A DNA stretch of 64,000 nt from Mycobacteriales bacterium (lineage in GTDB: Bacteria > Actinomycetota > Actinomycetes > Mycobacteriales > QHCA01). The position numbers and the translations under genes were made by a program. Numbering within the stretch: the first letter of the stretch is position 1; each line of letters opens with the position of its first letter. Location of the stretch: positions 6,943-70,942 of the forward strand of contig JBBPZR010000119.1 of assembly GCA_038276285.1 (NCBI GenBank), read 5' to 3'. Below, piece after piece: positions 63,252 to 64,000 of the stretch. The notes under the pieces are model-generated. The model was not told the DNA's origin. It did not search any database and saw nothing but the letters and a program-made list of their open reading frames with translations.

Positions 63252-64000
63252 ATGCCGCGGCAACTTCTGCAGTGCACGCCGACTCGGCTGTCGGCCTATG
63301 AGGACTGCCCTCGTCGCTACCGGATGACCTACCTCGACCGGCCGACACCGGGGAAGGGCCCGCCCTGGGCGCACAATTCCCTGGGCCTGTCCGTCCACAC
63401 GGCACTGCGCCTGTGGTGGGAGCTGCCTGTGCACCGGCGCACGCCCAGCGCCGCCGTCGTCGCACTGGACAAGGCGTGGGTCACCGACGGCTACCGCGAT
63501 GATGCCCAGTCCGAGCACTGGCGCGACCAGGCCCGTGGGTGGGTCGAGTCCTATGCCGCCAGCGTCGATCCGGGCGAGGAGCCCGTCGGCCTCGAGCGCA
63601 CAGTCGCCGCGCGCACGGCGACGCTGGCCTTCTTCGGCCGGGTCGACCGCATCGACGAGCGCGACGGCGAGCTGGTCGTGGTCGACTACAAGACCGGGCG
63701 GCGGGCGCCGACCGAGGACGACGTACGCGGCTCGCGAGCCCTGGCGTTGTACGCGGTGGCCGCGTCGGGCACCCTGCGCCGGCCGTGCGGTCTCGTCGAG
63801 CTGCATCACCTGCCCAGCGGCACCGTCGTGTCATGGCGGCACGACCCCGACAGCCTCGACCGGCACGTGCGGCGGGCCGAGGACGCGGCGGCCGACATCG
63901 TGACGGCAACCGACACCCTGGCCGCGGGCGGCCCATCCGAGGAGCTGTTCCCGCCGCGCACCGGCCGGCACTGCGGGCTCTGCGACTTCCGCCGCCATTG
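63252..64000 (+). CDS. PD-(D/E)XK (Cas4/AddB-like) nuclease family protein, 3' end outside window
   Basis: Not in the ORF track because it runs off the window. Contains LSAYEDCPRRYRMTYLDRP, GRVDRIDE...VVVDYKTG and a terminal CGLCDF cysteine cluster. Start is ATG 63252 (alternatives GTG 63228, TTG 63219). Confidence 0.75.
   Translation, partial: MPRQLLQCTPTRLSAYEDCPRRYRMTYLDRPTPGKGPPWAHNSLGLSVHTALRLWWELPVHRRTPSAAVVALDKAWVTDGYRDDAQSEHWRDQARGWVESYAASVDPGEEPVGLERTVAARTATLAFFGRVDRIDERDGELVVVDYKTGRRAPTEDDVRGSRALALYAVAASGTLRRPCGLVELHHLPSGTVVSWRHDPDSLDRHVRRAEDAAADIVTATDTLAAGGPSEELFPPRTGRHCGLCDFRRH

Overview
High-GC (~70%) actinobacterial chromosomal core segment. It is densely coding on both strands, with about 78 protein-coding features. 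From memory, the gene order parallels the Mycobacterium tuberculosis Rv1165-Rv1232c region: typA, mshB, ferredoxin-dapC, dapD/dapE, LOG, folP2-like, tag, DUF3117, glgC, O-methyltransferase, sigE-rseA-htrA-tatB, mrp, DUF1003, MgtE-N/CBS. Lineage-specific insertions interrupt this order. I found no rRNA, tRNA, CRISPR array, transposase, integrase or phage genes, so this is not an obvious island or classical defence locus. Seven things are worth a second look. (1) An ~85-bp element occurs twice. Each copy carries two palindromes of the form CGnTTTCC-N-GGAAAnCG spaced ~41 bp apart, and each sits ~120 bp upstream of a + strand start codon. One copy abuts a truncated peptidase gene. (2) A family of three 56-nt hairpin repeats has conserved CATGATCCAGGGA termini and compensatory changes in the stem interior. 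(3) An orphan GspE/PilB-type secretion ATPase has an MshEN-like N-terminus and a C-terminal double zinc ribbon, with no pilus or secretion genes nearby. (4) The sigE locus has a SigH/SigR-type promoter match overlapping a perfect 2 x 15-bp tandem duplication, and an RseB/MucB-like gene lies between rseA and htrA. (5) The density of broken genes is unusual: six loci with frameshifts, truncations or deletion scars. (6) A PCD/DCoH-like domain is fused to a membrane region, a cyclase-family protein lacks the canonical His motif, and a PHP gene has no canonical start codon. (7) A conserved 55-codon DUF3117 gene is missing from the ORF track. All functional calls rest on motif recognition by eye. 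No searches were run.
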